This document shows, in pieces, positions 42,158 to 53,004 of a stretch of DNA of 64,000 bases. The stretch is from an uncultured Nitrososphaerales archaeon (GTDB taxonomy: Archaea > Thermoproteota > Nitrososphaeria > Nitrososphaerales > Nitrososphaeraceae): positions 736,001 through 800,000 of the forward strand of contig CAVQMO010000001.1 in NCBI GenBank assembly GCA_963713605.1, in the 5' to 3' direction. Within the stretch, counting starts at the first letter, position 1, and each line of letters starts with the position of its first letter. The notes beneath the pieces were generated by a model, which saw only the letters and a list, made by a program, of their open reading frames with translations, was not told the DNA's origin and did not search any database. The position numbers and the translations under genes are program-made.

Positions 42158-42760
42158 TTAGTGAAAAATCCGAATCTCCTCTACTAAAAGAGATTCGAAG
42201 AACAGCTTTTTCTTTGAAATTGTTCTTCTGGAAAGCCCCAAAGATGCTACTTCGCCATAAAATTGAGGCAAGTTAGATAGACTTGATAAGAGAATCAAAA
42301 TTGCACCGTGCCGGCTCAAGAGATTAATTGCAGATTTGATGAATTCTATCGCCAATTCTGAACCTATTATTCCCCCGTAAATGGTCGTGTCGCAAGTATC
42401 ATTATCATCGAATGGAAGATATGGCGGGTTGCTGACAATAAGGTCGTATTTCTGAGAGGATGCAAGAGCATTCGCAGCATCACAGCATACCAAATCTGCT
42501 TCTGTAATGTTAGATTGATTGCATAATGTCAAGGCATCAAGATCAATATCCGTTCCAACAACTACGGAAAATCTTTTGCAAAGCTCTTTAAGAATAATCC
42601 CTGACCCAACACCAATTTCTAATGCCGTCTTCCCCCGATATCCTGCCAACGAGTCGAGCAAAAGGTAAGTGTCGTCAGACGGCTGGTAATTGAGAATCTT
42701 ACGAATCATATTGCGGTTCGATTCGATGTCTGAATTATCGTATGATAAAACCGGTTTCAT
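42158..42760 (-). CDS. HemK2/Mtq2-like methyltransferase
   Basis: YQPSDDTYLL, LEIGVGSG, NPPY. Confidence 0.88.
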   Translation of the reverse strand: MKPVLSYDNSDIESNRNMIRKILNYQPSDDTYLLLDSLAGYRGKTALEIGVGSGIILKELCKRFSVVVGTDIDLDALTLCNQSNITEADLVCCDAANALASSQKYDLIVSNPPYLPFDDNDTCDTTIYGGIIGSELAIEFIKSAINLLSRHGAILILLSSLSNLPQFYGEVASLGLSRRTISKKKLFFESLLVEEIRIFH

Positions 42761-42799
42761 TCCATTTTTGTGTCAAGCTATTTGAGGTCAAGTCTAGCT

Positions 42800-43531
42800 T
42801 CAGATGCTCATGCTCCTTGCCATGTCCACTATTTCATTTGGACTTAACTGACAAATTCTCTTTGATAAGTTATGACCGGATTTGAGTCCAAGATTTGAGG
42901 CCACTTTACGAACAATTCTTCTTTTTTGTGAGAATAGTAGGCCGATATTCTTTTTTGCCTCGTAGGAGAGTTGTCGTCCTGAGGGCACCAATTTAATAAC
43001 TTGAGATGAAACCGTGGGTGGCGGACTAAATGAGGTACTTGGAACTTCGAATAATTCTTTAACATTAAAGCAATATCCACATATTACGGAAATTGCTCTA
43101 TAGGATCGCTTCCCTGGAGTCGAAGAGAGTTTTTTTGCGAATTCTCTTTGTACCATAATTATTGCCCTGTTAAATTGATGATTTGTTAGCCACAATATAG
43201 TTTCTTTGCTCCTCGAATAGGGAATGTTAGAGACACAAACATCAAATTCAAAACTCATCGGATTACGACTAAAGGGATTTACATTCAGCAAAAGCAGATT
43301 ATTACAGTGCGCCAATTTCTGCTTCGTAAACTCAAACTTGGCCTTGTCAATTTCAACAGAAATCACTTGTTCCGCATTCATGCAAAGGTGGGCTGTGAGA
43401 GCTCCCTCTCCTGCACCGATCTCTAATACTTTCTCAGTTTTTGCCAGCTTCGTTTCACGAATGATCTGTTCAATAACCTTCCTGTCTGTAAGTATATGTT
43501 GCCCTAGAGAGTTTGGACCTGTGAATCTCAT
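42800..43531 (-). CDS. rsmA: 16S rRNA adenine dimethyltransferase
   Basis: LGQHIL, LEIGAGEG, SNIPY, MVQREFA. Confidence 0.9.
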   Translation of the reverse strand: MRFTGPNSLGQHILTDRKVIEQIIRETKLAKTEKVLEIGAGEGALTAHLCMNAEQVISVEIDKAKFEFTKQKLAHCNNLLLLNVNPFSRNPMSFEFDVCVSNIPYSRSKETILWLTNHQFNRAIIMVQREFAKKLSSTPGKRSYRAISVICGYCFNVKELFEVPSTSFSPPPTVSSQVIKLVPSGRQLSYEAKKNIGLLFSQKRRIVRKVASNLGLKSGHNLSKRICQLSPNEIVDMARSMSI

Positions 43532-44160
43532 CTCCTCACGAAAAGGTTCATGCGAGCTTCACCAGTTATTTCTTCAACGATTCTCTTTGCTATCAATTTG
43601 GCAGGGTCCTTTAGACCAATTCTGTCTTGAATATCCTGAAAGGACTCGAATTTCTTCGTTTCCCTTCCTTTTATTATCGCCATCATGTATGTCTTCCCGA
43701 TGCCAGGAATGAGCTCTAGCGCGTGAATTCTAGGAGTTACCGGTTGCGCAATATTTACATAATCGATAAATCTCTTTTCATTCTCTAACACAATTTTTTC
43801 GACTGTCACGAGCAGTTCATTTTTAGCCGTCTGAGATATACTTGAGTATTCCAATCTCCCAAGAACGCTGATAATTTTTTCTCTTCCATCTCTTCCTATG
43901 TACAGCCTTTCTCCTACTTCGAAGGTTGCGTTTCCATATCCGAGCAATTCCAACAACGTGAGTCTTTCTTCACCAATTGCTTGTATTATAACACCCTCAC
44001 GACCCCTTACGGTTGAGGACTTTCCGCGTTGCGTGAAATCCAATATGTAGGCATATTCTTCGTATTTACGTTGAGGTTGGTGATGATGTGCATAAGTATC
44101 ATCATTTCTCCAAGTACGATCGGATCTGTCCACAGACATTGACAATCGTTTTATTCCCAC
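43528..44160 (-). CDS. DUF655 family protein
   Basis: EEYAYILD, QAIGE, HALELIPGIGK; conserved archaeal rpl21e-rpo4-DUF655-rsmA order. Confidence 0.9.
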   Translation of the reverse strand: MGIKRLSMSVDRSDRTWRNDDTYAHHHQPQRKYEEYAYILDFTQRGKSSTVRGREGVIIQAIGEERLTLLELLGYGNATFEVGERLYIGRDGREKIISVLGRLEYSSISQTAKNELLVTVEKIVLENEKRFIDYVNIAQPVTPRIHALELIPGIGKTYMMAIIKGRETKKFESFQDIQDRIGLKDPAKLIAKRIVEEITGEARMNLFVRR

Positions 44161-44183
44161 CTAATTGATTAGTGGCTGAATAT

Positions 44184-44516
44184 TTAACCTTCAGCTTTCT
44201 GTTTCAATATCTCTAACATTTTTTCCAACGTATTGGTCAAAATCAGTTTTTTCCATCCAAATGTAAATGACCTTAGTTCCTCAAGCGACTTTGGTAATAT
44301 GTTTACTAATTCGACTGCCTCTTCTTCCTTTAATTCACAATCCCTAATCTGTTCCTCGACCATCTTGCGTGAGGTTTTTGCATCGAGTTTCGAGAATCTT
44401 GTAACGAAATCAAAAGTCCATCTTTGGATCTGGTCCATTTCATCAGGTTTCACCTTCTCTAGGATCTCCTTAACCTCTGGTAACGTGATTATTTCTTTCT
44501 TCTCAATCTCTGTCAT
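44184..44516 (-). CDS. rpo4: RNA polymerase subunit Rpo4 (F)
   Basis: ITLPEVKEIL, AVELVNILP; gene order. Confidence 0.88.
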   Translation of the reverse strand: MTEIEKKEIITLPEVKEILEKVKPDEMDQIQRWTFDFVTRFSKLDAKTSRKMVEEQIRDCELKEEEAVELVNILPKSLEELRSFTFGWKKLILTNTLEKMLEILKQKAEG

Positions 44517-44520
44517 TAAA

Positions 44521-44811
44521 CTAATTCACAGCCGTTAGATGTTTTACATGATTGAGCCTAGTTTGTAAGATTTTCTGTTTATTGCCAATAACCACTGAAG
44601 TCTTCAACGTCCTTCTTCCAACTTGCAATACAGTCCCGACTTTACCTTGGTATCTTCTATGAGGGGTTGTCCTATGTTCCCTAGGATCTATCGTAATGAT
44701 TACCTTGTCACCAGGACTGTACTCAGTAAGCAGGTATGATAGCCCCTTTGGAACATTATTCTGCGTCATAACTGAGCGAGACTTCCTCCTGTAGCCATGT
44801 GAACTAGGCAT
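44521..44811 (-). CDS. rpl21e: 50S ribosomal protein L21e
   Basis: MPSSHGYRRKSR, PHRRYQGKVG. Confidence 0.93.
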   Translation of the reverse strand: MPSSHGYRRKSRSVMTQNNVPKGLSYLLTEYSPGDKVIITIDPREHRTTPHRRYQGKVGTVLQVGRRTLKTSVVIGNKQKILQTRLNHVKHLTAVN

Positions 44812-44862
44812 TTTATTTCCTGTACTTACAGGCCTTAATTTAATAGTAACTGCTTGCAACAA

Positions 44863-45852
44863 TCAATGTTCTTCTGGATCAGTAGCTCCCTTCTCTGAAA
44901 GCGAGAAAAGCACCTCAGTTTCTGGGTGATAAGGACTGTCTACCATCCTTGCAATTCTATTCCTGCCTGAGCGCTTGAGATAAATGCGGTATGTGCTAGT
45001 GTGGGCCACTACATTGCCGCCTGCCGGTCTGAACGCGTCGCCAAAAATTGAATCTGGAGAGGATTGAATCTGATTGGTAATTACTACAGCAACACCGTAT
45101 GTTTCAGAAATTCTTAAAAGGATGTGCATAAATTTATTTAGTTTCTGCTGCCTTTCTGAGAGTGTCGCCCTACCCAAGAATTCCGCTCTATAGTGTGCAA
45201 CGGCAGAATCCACTATAACCAGCTTAACCCCATTGGCATCTATGATTGGACCTGTTTCATCAATTATTAATTCCTGGTGTGCGGAGTTGTATGCTTTAGC
45301 TACAATGATGCTATCAAGAACTTGGTCGGGTACAATATTTCTTGCACTACATATAGAAACTATGCGTTCGGGTCTAAAGGTATTTTCAGTATCTACGTAA
45401 ATTGCTTTACCGCCCAACCCTCCATGGGCTCTGTTCTGTGATACCATCACGCACAAACTGTGACATATCTGTGTCTTGCCAGTCCCGTACTCTCCATAAA
45501 TTTCTGTGATAGCACGAGTCTCAACCCCTCCTCCTCCGAATAGGGTGTCAAGGTTTCTAGAACCTGTTGATATTCGTTCAGCGGTAAGTCGTTTATTATA
45601 CAATTTACGTGCTGTTACGAAGCTTTTCTCCAATACCCCCGCGTCCTCAAGTCTTTGTCGAGCCCGATTACATAGAATAGCTGATTTTTCTATATCCATC
45701 CCCGTAGCTTCTGAAATATCAACGGGTCCTCTAACAACCAAATCTTTAAGCGACCTAAACCCTGAGCTTTCGAGATGCGTTCTTGTGGCGATTCCTATCT
45801 CCTCTATAGAACAAAGATCAAGCGCTGTCTTTGGAGCATCATCGTCATTCAA
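44863..45852 (-). CDS. radA: DNA recombination protein RadA
   Basis: GEYGTGKTQ, DTENTFRPER, LSERQQKL, ARMVDSP. Confidence 0.9.
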   Translation of the reverse strand: MNDDDAPKTALDLCSIEEIGIATRTHLESSGFRSLKDLVVRGPVDISEATGMDIEKSAILCNRARQRLEDAGVLEKSFVTARKLYNKRLTAERISTGSRNLDTLFGGGGVETRAITEIYGEYGTGKTQICHSLCVMVSQNRAHGGLGGKAIYVDTENTFRPERIVSICSARNIVPDQVLDSIIVAKAYNSAHQELIIDETGPIIDANGVKLVIVDSAVAHYRAEFLGRATLSERQQKLNKFMHILLRISETYGVAVVITNQIQSSPDSIFGDAFRPAGGNVVAHTSTYRIYLKRSGRNRIARMVDSPYHPETEVLFSLSEKGATDPEEH

Positions 45853-46063
45853 GGGTTAATACTGGTAAACAATCCATTCTTAATTAGTCTTAGGTGAAAG
45901 GTTATTGTATCTGACCACGCTCTGTCGAACCCGCAAGCAAATATTTTGTCATTAATTCGATTACCCTAATTGGAAACAGATATTGACTTAAATCAATTTT
46001 GCCAGATGCAACAATTAAATAGTAAAACTTACGTCTTGTTCCTTGTTTATCCTGGTGCGATAA

Positions 46064-46732
46064 TTGCTAGTTGATTTGAACCTCAACGGGAAACAAGTCA
46101 TTATTGTAGGTGGCGGAACAGAAGGTTTAAGGAAGTTGAGAGGACTTGAAGATCAGAATTGTGAAATAATTCTGATCACGAACCGGTTGAATAAGATAAT
46201 CAAGGGTCTACAAGACAAAGGGAAACTCTCTCTGCGAAAAGAGCATGTTAAGGATACCAGCTTTCTTAAAGAATATAAGAATCCATTTCTAGTTTTAGCA
46301 TGCACTAATAATAAACATCTAAATCGTGTAATAGCTAAAGAGGCTAGCTTAGTGGGGGCGTTGTCATACGCGGTAGATGACCCATCGGTTAGCGATTTCT
46401 CATATGCTTCTATAATTAATGTTGAAGGGATCCTTCAAATCGCCATTTCTACCTCAGGGAGAAGTCCAATAGTTGCCAGAAGATTTCGGATAAAAGCAGA
46501 AAGGGTCTTAAGGAGATTAGTAAGTAAGTCGGATATTGAAAACATCCGACTCCAAGAAACTGCGAGAAGAATGATTAGGACGAGAATACCCACCGTCAAT
46601 GAAAGAAAGGAATTTCTGTACTCTATTATTAATAATGTTACTATCCAGAAGCTTATTAAAGAAGACCGATTTGATGATGCTCGACAGGAATTAGTTGCAT
46701 TAATAAACTCTTGGGAGGGTAAAGGAAACTAA
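46064..46732 (+). CDS. sirC: Precorrin-2 dehydrogenase / siroheme synthase N-terminal domain
   Basis: IIVGGG, AISTSGRSP. Confidence 0.85.
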   Translation: MLVDLNLNGKQVIIVGGGTEGLRKLRGLEDQNCEIILITNRLNKIIKGLQDKGKLSLRKEHVKDTSFLKEYKNPFLVLACTNNKHLNRVIAKEASLVGALSYAVDDPSVSDFSYASIINVEGILQIAISTSGRSPIVARRFRIKAERVLRRLVSKSDIENIRLQETARRMIRTRIPTVNERKEFLYSIINNVTIQKLIKEDRFDDARQELVALINSWEGKGN

Positions 46733-48026
46733 ATGACACAATTCGAGCCTCTATACAGAGAACATCAATTCTGTAACGCTCGAATCACTTACAAGAAGGC
46801 TCCCATTCACCTTCTCGAAAGATTCACGTTTAAGAACATTAATGAAGCATATGCTAGATTCAGGGAGCTCTCACCTGATAGTGAGTGTGTTATTTTGCAA
46901 ACGTGCAATAGGGTGGAAATTTTTTTGTCTTCGGATAAAACCCTAGGTGAACAGGAAATATTAGAGATTTGGTCATCAGTCACTGGTTTGTCAAAAATGG
47001 AATTTTCAGGCAATATAGAGTTAAGCTTCGGACAAGAAGCCATTATGCATCTCTTAAGGCTAACATCCGGTCTAGATTCCCTGGTAATAGGTGAGGATCA
47101 AATATTAGGACAAGTAAGGAGGTCTTTTGAATTCTCGAGGTGCAATGGCCATTCTAGTTCGAATCTCTCATTAATATTCCTGAAAGCCCTCAAAGTTGGA
47201 AGTAAAGTAAGAACAACTACTCGATTGAATAAAGGTAACGTCTCAATTGGTTCTGTGGCAGTTAACATCGCAGAGAATTACTTCGATGATCTCAAAAGTA
47301 GAAGCATATTGATAATAGGGTCTGGGGAAGGAGCTAGTCTGGTTGCAAAGTCATTGAGGCAAAGGGAGGTTAGATTTATGATTACAAGTAGAACCTTTGA
47401 AAGAGCGAAATCCTTCGCAGATACGGCAGGCGGACATCCTATTGTTTTTGAAGGCGCCTTGTCTGGTCTTACTGGATATGATGTAGTCTTCGTATCGACC
47501 ACCGCACCCTATTTCTTGCTTACGTATGAAAGGATTAGCAAAGCGATGTCAACAAGAAATAAGGGGATGCTAGTTTTCGATCTATCGAATCCTAGAACGG
47601 TAGAGGACCAAATTATGTACCATTAAAGGAATCAAACTAATTAATATGGACCAGATCGCCGAAATCGCAGAGAACAATCTCAAACTTCGAAAAAACGAGA
47701 TATTTTCTGCAGAGCAAATAATCGATAAAGAGGCCCAATCGTTTGAGGATATTCTTAAGAGTAAGAGAGTAGAACTATTGATCGATTCGGTTTTCAGGTC
47801 AGTTGAGGCATTGCGAGAGGCTGAACTAGAGAAGGCAATGTCCATTTTTTCAGCAAAGTTCGGTGCAGAAGACAAGAGAACTATTAGAGAGCTTTCTCGT
47901 TCAATAGTCTCTACTGTTTTATCGACTCCTATGAACAACCTTCGGAAGGAGGCTCGAAAAGGAAGAGTCTCTGAGCAGGACCTAATTAGAATCGTCGAAA
48001 GCTTATTTACTTATGACAATGGATAA
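46733..48026 (+). CDS. hemA: Glutamyl-tRNA reductase (frameshift near 47620)
   Basis: LQTCNRVE, GLDSLVIGEDQILGQV, DLSNPR. Confidence 0.92.
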
Positions 48027-49014
48027 ATCTTCGCCAGGATTTCCGAAGGTAAGGCTAAGACGGCTCAGAAAGAATCCGGCGATACGACAGCTGTTGCAAG
48101 AGACCAGAATTTCGGTCAAGGATTTTATTTATCCAGTTTTTGTAAAGGAAGGGATTACTTCAGCTGAAGAGAGTAAAGCAATGGCGGGCGTAAGAAAATT
48201 TCCCTTATCCGGTCTCATTAAAGAAATTCAGGAGTGCTTTGATCTTGGAATGCGTGCGTTTATCATCTTTGGGATCCCCTCCTCAAAAGACGAGAGTGGT
48301 AGTTCAGCATTTAGTAGACACGGGATAGTGCAACAATCGATAGAAACTCTGAGAAAAGCCTTCGGCGATCAGATAGTCATTATTAGCGACGTATGCCTAT
48401 GTCAGTATACTCTTTCAGGTCATTGTGGAATCTTGAGAGGAAGTAGGGTTGATAATGATCTAAGCCTCGATCTGCTAGCAAAGATAGCCGTGAGCCACGC
48501 AGATTCAGGTAGTGATATGGTTGCTCCCTCTGCAATGATGGATGGTCAAGTAAAGGCCATTAGGGAAGCACTAGATGGCAGTGGATTCACAGACACTATA
48601 ATCATGGGATACTCTGCAAAACACGCTTCTTCACTTTATTCCCCCTTTAGAGAGATCTCTGACTCTGCTCCATCTCTGGGTGATCGGAAGACGTATCAAA
48701 TGTCGTTTCCCAATTTTCGAGAGGCCCTTAGGGAAGTGATGATGGATATTCAGGAAGGAGTAGACATAATAATGGTCAAACCTGCTGTTCCTTATCTGGA
48801 TTTGATTAGGAAGGTAAGAGAGATGACTAATTTACCTCTTTGTGCCTTTAGTGTTTCAGGTGACTACGCAATGATAAAAGCTGCCTCGACTCAGGGTCTG
48901 ATTGACGAAAAACAAGCTGTGCAAGAAATGCTAATTTCAATAAAGAGGGCCGGTGCTGATATCCTCATAACGTATCACGCCAAACTGATTTCTCAGATAC
49001 TGAATGGAAAATAG
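48013..49014 (+). CDS. hemB: Porphobilinogen synthase
   Basis: DVCLCQYTLSGHCG, APSAMMDG, MVKPA. Confidence 0.95.
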   Translation: MTMDKSSPGFPKVRLRRLRKNPAIRQLLQETRISVKDFIYPVFVKEGITSAEESKAMAGVRKFPLSGLIKEIQECFDLGMRAFIIFGIPSSKDESGSSAFSRHGIVQQSIETLRKAFGDQIVIISDVCLCQYTLSGHCGILRGSRVDNDLSLDLLAKIAVSHADSGSDMVAPSAMMDGQVKAIREALDGSGFTDTIIMGYSAKHASSLYSPFREISDSAPSLGDRKTYQMSFPNFREALREVMMDIQEGVDIIMVKPAVPYLDLIRKVREMTNLPLCAFSVSGDYAMIKAASTQGLIDEKQAVQEMLISIKRAGADILITYHAKLISQILNGK

Positions 49015-49067
49015 GAAGCTCGGAATGAAATTATAACGACAATTACATTCTGGTCTTTGATCGATGA

Positions 49068-50348
49068 ATGTACGATAACTCACGAATTCTTTACGATCGG
49101 GCAACCAAAATTATTCCCGGTGGCGTTAACAGCCCAATTAGGTTCTTCAAGCCTTTCCCTTTCTTTGCGGCTTCGGCGAATGGCAGTAGAGTAACCAGCA
49201 GTGACCACATCAGTTATGTAGATTATTGCATGGGTTATGGGTCATTGCTCTTAGGGCATGCATTTGGGGAAATATTGGAAGCTGTTAAGTCGCAGCTAAA
49301 TATTGGCTCTCTTTACTGTATTCCCACCGAAAAGGAGGTTATCCTCGGAGAGATGATTGCTCAACTTATTCCGGCATGTGAAATGACTAGGGTCGTGAAT
49401 TCTGGGATGGAGGCTACAATGAATGCTATTAGGCTCGCTAGAGCGCACACTAGACAGAACAAGGTTATCAAATTCGAAGGGTGTTACCACGGTGCACAGG
49501 ATTATTCACTGGTTAATGGCGACAGTTTTGGGCATGGCACATCCTCATCTAGTGGCATTCCTAAAGAATTTAGCTCGGAGACGATTGTGATTCCATTTAA
49601 TGATCCTAAGCAATTGGAAGAGGTGATAAGGAAGAGAAATGATATCTCGTGCGTTATCCTCGAACCAGTTCCGGCTAATATGGGTCTAGTAATCCCTGAC
49701 AAGGAATATCTCACCTTTATTAGAAAAGTTACTATGGAAAAAAATATTGTGCTGATCTTCGATGAGGTTGTAACAGGTTTTCGTCTTGCGCTTGGTGGAG
49801 CAAGTGAATTCTTTGGAATTAGACCTGATATCGTAACCTATTCAAAGTCAGTGGCAAATGGATTTTCTTTAGCAGCCATCTGCGGCAGGAGAGAGTTGCT
49901 CGAACAGTTCTCTCCATCTGGAGATGTGTATCAGGCGAGCACATACGGTGGTAACCCGGTAGCAGTCACCGCCGCCCTTGCTACCATCTCTGTTCTGAAC
50001 AGAGGTCGAGATCAAATATATCCAAGAATGAATAGGATATGCGATTCATTGATAGATGGCATCAAAGAAGTAGCACATGAAAGAAAAATTCCGTGCAAGA
50101 TAAACAATATCAGTTCAATGTACCAGTTATTCTTTACATCTAGAGATGTCAGAGATATGGCCTCAGCCAGAACGTCTAATCTTGATAGGTTTAATGTGCT
50201 TTTTAGAGCATTGCTCGAAAAGGGCATCTTTATCCCTCCCTCCCAATTCGAAACTTGTTTCCTGTCCTATGCACATGCGGATGAAGATATCGACAAAACG
50301 ATTGAAGCATATGATTACGCGTTCAGTTTGATGAGTTCAAAGAAATGA
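49068..50348 (+). CDS. hemL: Glutamate-1-semialdehyde 2,1-aminomutase
   Basis: PGGVNSPIR, FEGCYHG, FDEVVTGFR, PSQFE. Confidence 0.95.
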   Translation: MYDNSRILYDRATKIIPGGVNSPIRFFKPFPFFAASANGSRVTSSDHISYVDYCMGYGSLLLGHAFGEILEAVKSQLNIGSLYCIPTEKEVILGEMIAQLIPACEMTRVVNSGMEATMNAIRLARAHTRQNKVIKFEGCYHGAQDYSLVNGDSFGHGTSSSSGIPKEFSSETIVIPFNDPKQLEEVIRKRNDISCVILEPVPANMGLVIPDKEYLTFIRKVTMEKNIVLIFDEVVTGFRLALGGASEFFGIRPDIVTYSKSVANGFSLAAICGRRELLEQFSPSGDVYQASTYGGNPVAVTAALATISVLNRGRDQIYPRMNRICDSLIDGIKEVAHERKIPCKINNISSMYQLFFTSRDVRDMASARTSNLDRFNVLFRALLEKGIFIPPSQFETCFLSYAHADEDIDKTIEAYDYAFSLMSSKK

Positions 50349-51295
50349 GAAATTACACAGTAGGAACGAGACATAGTAGACTGGCCTTGGAGCAAACCAA
50401 ATCTGTGGTGGATTTGCTAATGAGAACCAAGAGGCAAATATACATCAATATTCTTAGAATCAATTCCTCAGGAGATTTAGACGTGAGACCTCTTTACACA
50501 TTCGACAGGAAGGGCATATTTGAGAAGGAAATAGATCAAGCAGTAATTGATCGATACGCAGATTTCGCGGTTCACAGCGCCAAGGATGTACCAACTGAGC
50601 TCTTCTCGGATCTCACTCTAGCTTCTGTGCCGACTAGGTCTGCAGTCAATGACGTGCTAATACATCGGAATGGTTTGAAATTGAACGAGCTACCTTCCGG
50701 CGCCATGGTTGGAACCAGTAGCTTGAGACGGGCAGTCCAGCTCTTGAGGATGAAACCTGAATTGAAAGTAAAACCAATCCGTGGAAATATAGAGACAAGA
50801 ATAAGGAAGGTTGAAACTGGGCCATATGATGCCATCGTATTGGCGCAGGCCGGTTTAGATCGATTGGGTTTAACCAAGTATATAACGGAACGGTTTAATG
50901 TTACGGATTTTGTCCCAGCTGCTGGACAAGGGGCACTGGCACTCATCTGTAGGAGGGATAGGTCAGATCTGATAAATCTTTTGAAATTGGTAGAAGACCC
51001 TCTATCACGTGCTGAATTGGAGGCTGAAAGGAATCTCTTGTCGGTAGTCGAGGGAGGTTGTAAATTCCCAGTCGGTGTTGTGGCTTTATCCACCAAAAAA
51101 CCCAACCTATTGATTCTCAATGCAAAGGTATTCTCTGCTGACGGTTCAGATCAGATCTTTATCACCGAAAAGGGGCGAATCGAGGAAGCAAGAAATATTG
51201 GAATAAAGGCAGGACAAAGACTATTGGATGAGGGCGTCAAAGACTTCTCTGAGAGCTGGGAATTAGCTTTAAAGAATTGGAATAATCTGTCATGA
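50345..51295 (+). CDS. hemC: Hydroxymethylbilane synthase
   Basis: AVHSAKDVP, GTSSLRR, RGNIETR, GGCKFP. Confidence 0.95.
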   Translation: MRNYTVGTRHSRLALEQTKSVVDLLMRTKRQIYINILRINSSGDLDVRPLYTFDRKGIFEKEIDQAVIDRYADFAVHSAKDVPTELFSDLTLASVPTRSAVNDVLIHRNGLKLNELPSGAMVGTSSLRRAVQLLRMKPELKVKPIRGNIETRIRKVETGPYDAIVLAQAGLDRLGLTKYITERFNVTDFVPAAGQGALALICRRDRSDLINLLKLVEDPLSRAELEAERNLLSVVEGGCKFPVGVVALSTKKPNLLILNAKVFSADGSDQIFITEKGRIEEARNIGIKAGQRLLDEGVKDFSESWELALKNWNNLS

Positions 51296-52050
51296 ATTCC
51301 CCAAAGGTGTTTATTTGCGGGGCTGGCCCCGGAGATCCAGGGCTTATCTCTGTTAAGGGATACAGGCTTTTAACGAAATGCGATGTGGTGCTTTATGACA
51401 GATTAGTTAGCAAGAAGCTGGTAGACAAGATTCCCTCGACGATAAAGAAAATCTATGTCGGGAGGGAATCAGGCAAAGCCACCTCGATGCATCAGTCAAG
51501 AACAAACAAGCTTATGGTGACTTTTGCTCGAAAAGGGAAAAGCGTATTGAGACTTAAGGGAGGTGACCCATTGATTTTCGGAAGAGGAGGAGAAGAAGCA
51601 GAATACTTACGCAAACATGACATCCAGTTTGAGATTATACCTGGTATTTCATCAGCGATTGCCGCTCCAGCCTATGCAGGGATTCCTCTCACCCACAGAA
51701 ACTACTCGTCATCGGTCGCCTTCATAACTGGTCATGAAAATGAAAGGAAAAATCATTCAAATCTAGATTTGAAACTTGTGGCTTCTGCTGTCGATACAAT
51801 AGTCGTGTTGATGGGTATAGAAAGAATCAAAGAAATTGTTCAAAACTTGAAGGCGGGTGGTTTGAAGGGAAGTACCAGGGTAGCAATTGTAGAGAAAGGA
51901 ACTATGGAAGATCAGAGGGTAATAATAGGAAACTTGAACACTATCCTGAAAAAGGTTGTAATATACAAGGTAACCTCTCCAGCAGTGATAGTGGTGGGTC
52001 GTGTCGTTTCCTTATCTGAGCGTCTGACGTGGTTATCTCCAAATGATTAA
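51292..52050 (+). CDS. cobA: Uroporphyrinogen-III C-methyltransferase
   Basis: GAGPGDPGL, RLKGGDPLIFGRGGEE. Confidence 0.93.
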   Translation: MNSPKVFICGAGPGDPGLISVKGYRLLTKCDVVLYDRLVSKKLVDKIPSTIKKIYVGRESGKATSMHQSRTNKLMVTFARKGKSVLRLKGGDPLIFGRGGEEAEYLRKHDIQFEIIPGISSAIAAPAYAGIPLTHRNYSSSVAFITGHENERKNHSNLDLKLVASAVDTIVVLMGIERIKEIVQNLKAGGLKGSTRVAIVEKGTMEDQRVIIGNLNTILKKVVIYKVTSPAVIVVGRVVSLSERLTWLSPND

Positions 52051-52855
52051 ATCGGAGAACCACCAAGCGAGGCGGTACTTTGCAATTACACGAGAATCAT
52101 CAAAATCAGTTGGATTTAAGAAGGCAATGGAGAGTTACGGATGGACGGTCATCTTTCTCAAGTCCATAGTCATATCGCCTAAACCTTATCTTGAGATAGA
52201 GCGTATAGTTTTAAGAATTATTCAAAATGACTATGACGTCTGTGTGTTTCTGAGTGGAAATGTAGTAGAAATTCTTATGGCAAATGCTGATAACACTGGA
52301 AATAAATTAGCCTTAATATCTAAGCTACGCTCAATTAGAACTATTTGTATTGGTCCAAGAACCAAAGAAAAACTTTCACACTACGGGATCGATTCTGCAA
52401 GAGTGCCTGAAACGTACAACACACGTGGATTGATTGAGTGTCTTTCCAGTCACAAGAGCCAAGTACACAGAATTGTCGTACCACGGAGTCAGCTTGGAGA
52501 TAGTGAGATAGTGCTCTCCCTCTCAAGGCTGGGAATCTTTGTGGACCAGTATCAACTTTATGATACATCAACCAACTCAACTATCGACAACGAATGGAAG
52601 TGCTTTTTTTATCTATTAAGGGATAGAAATGTGGATGCAGTTGGTTTTACTAGCCCTTCGTCAGTAAGAGCATTATTCCAGATCGTAAAGAAAGAGGCAA
52701 GTCGTGATGATTTGATCTACCTTAGACATCTGAATGGTTTAGTCTCGATCGGACATAAAACGAGCACAGAGCTAAAGAAACACGCCTCGGGTCGAATCAT
52801 AGAAGCAGAAGAACACACTCTCAATGGCATGGTGCAGGCATCCGAATTAATCTGA
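52043..52855 (+). CDS. hemD: Uroporphyrinogen-III synthase
   Basis: CIGPRT, FTSPSSV, SIGHKT; position in the hem cluster. Confidence 0.88.
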   Translation: MIKSENHQARRYFAITRESSKSVGFKKAMESYGWTVIFLKSIVISPKPYLEIERIVLRIIQNDYDVCVFLSGNVVEILMANADNTGNKLALISKLRSIRTICIGPRTKEKLSHYGIDSARVPETYNTRGLIECLSSHKSQVHRIVVPRSQLGDSEIVLSLSRLGIFVDQYQLYDTSTNSTIDNEWKCFFYLLRDRNVDAVGFTSPSSVRALFQIVKKEASRDDLIYLRHLNGLVSIGHKTSTELKKHASGRIIEAEEHTLNGMVQASELI

Positions 52856-53004
52856 AAAAAACAAAACAAAGCGGCTGTATCCCTTATATAGCAGTGGCGG
52901 CTATTTCATTGCTCAGAAGCCTGTCACCAGTGGTAGTCAGTGCCTGCTCGATTATCTAATAAGTTAACAAAATATATATAAGAAATAACGCCGTTATAAA
53001 TTAT

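Noticed and set aside
44863..45852. Intein in radA
   Set aside because: 329 aa and contiguous through Walker A; no insertion
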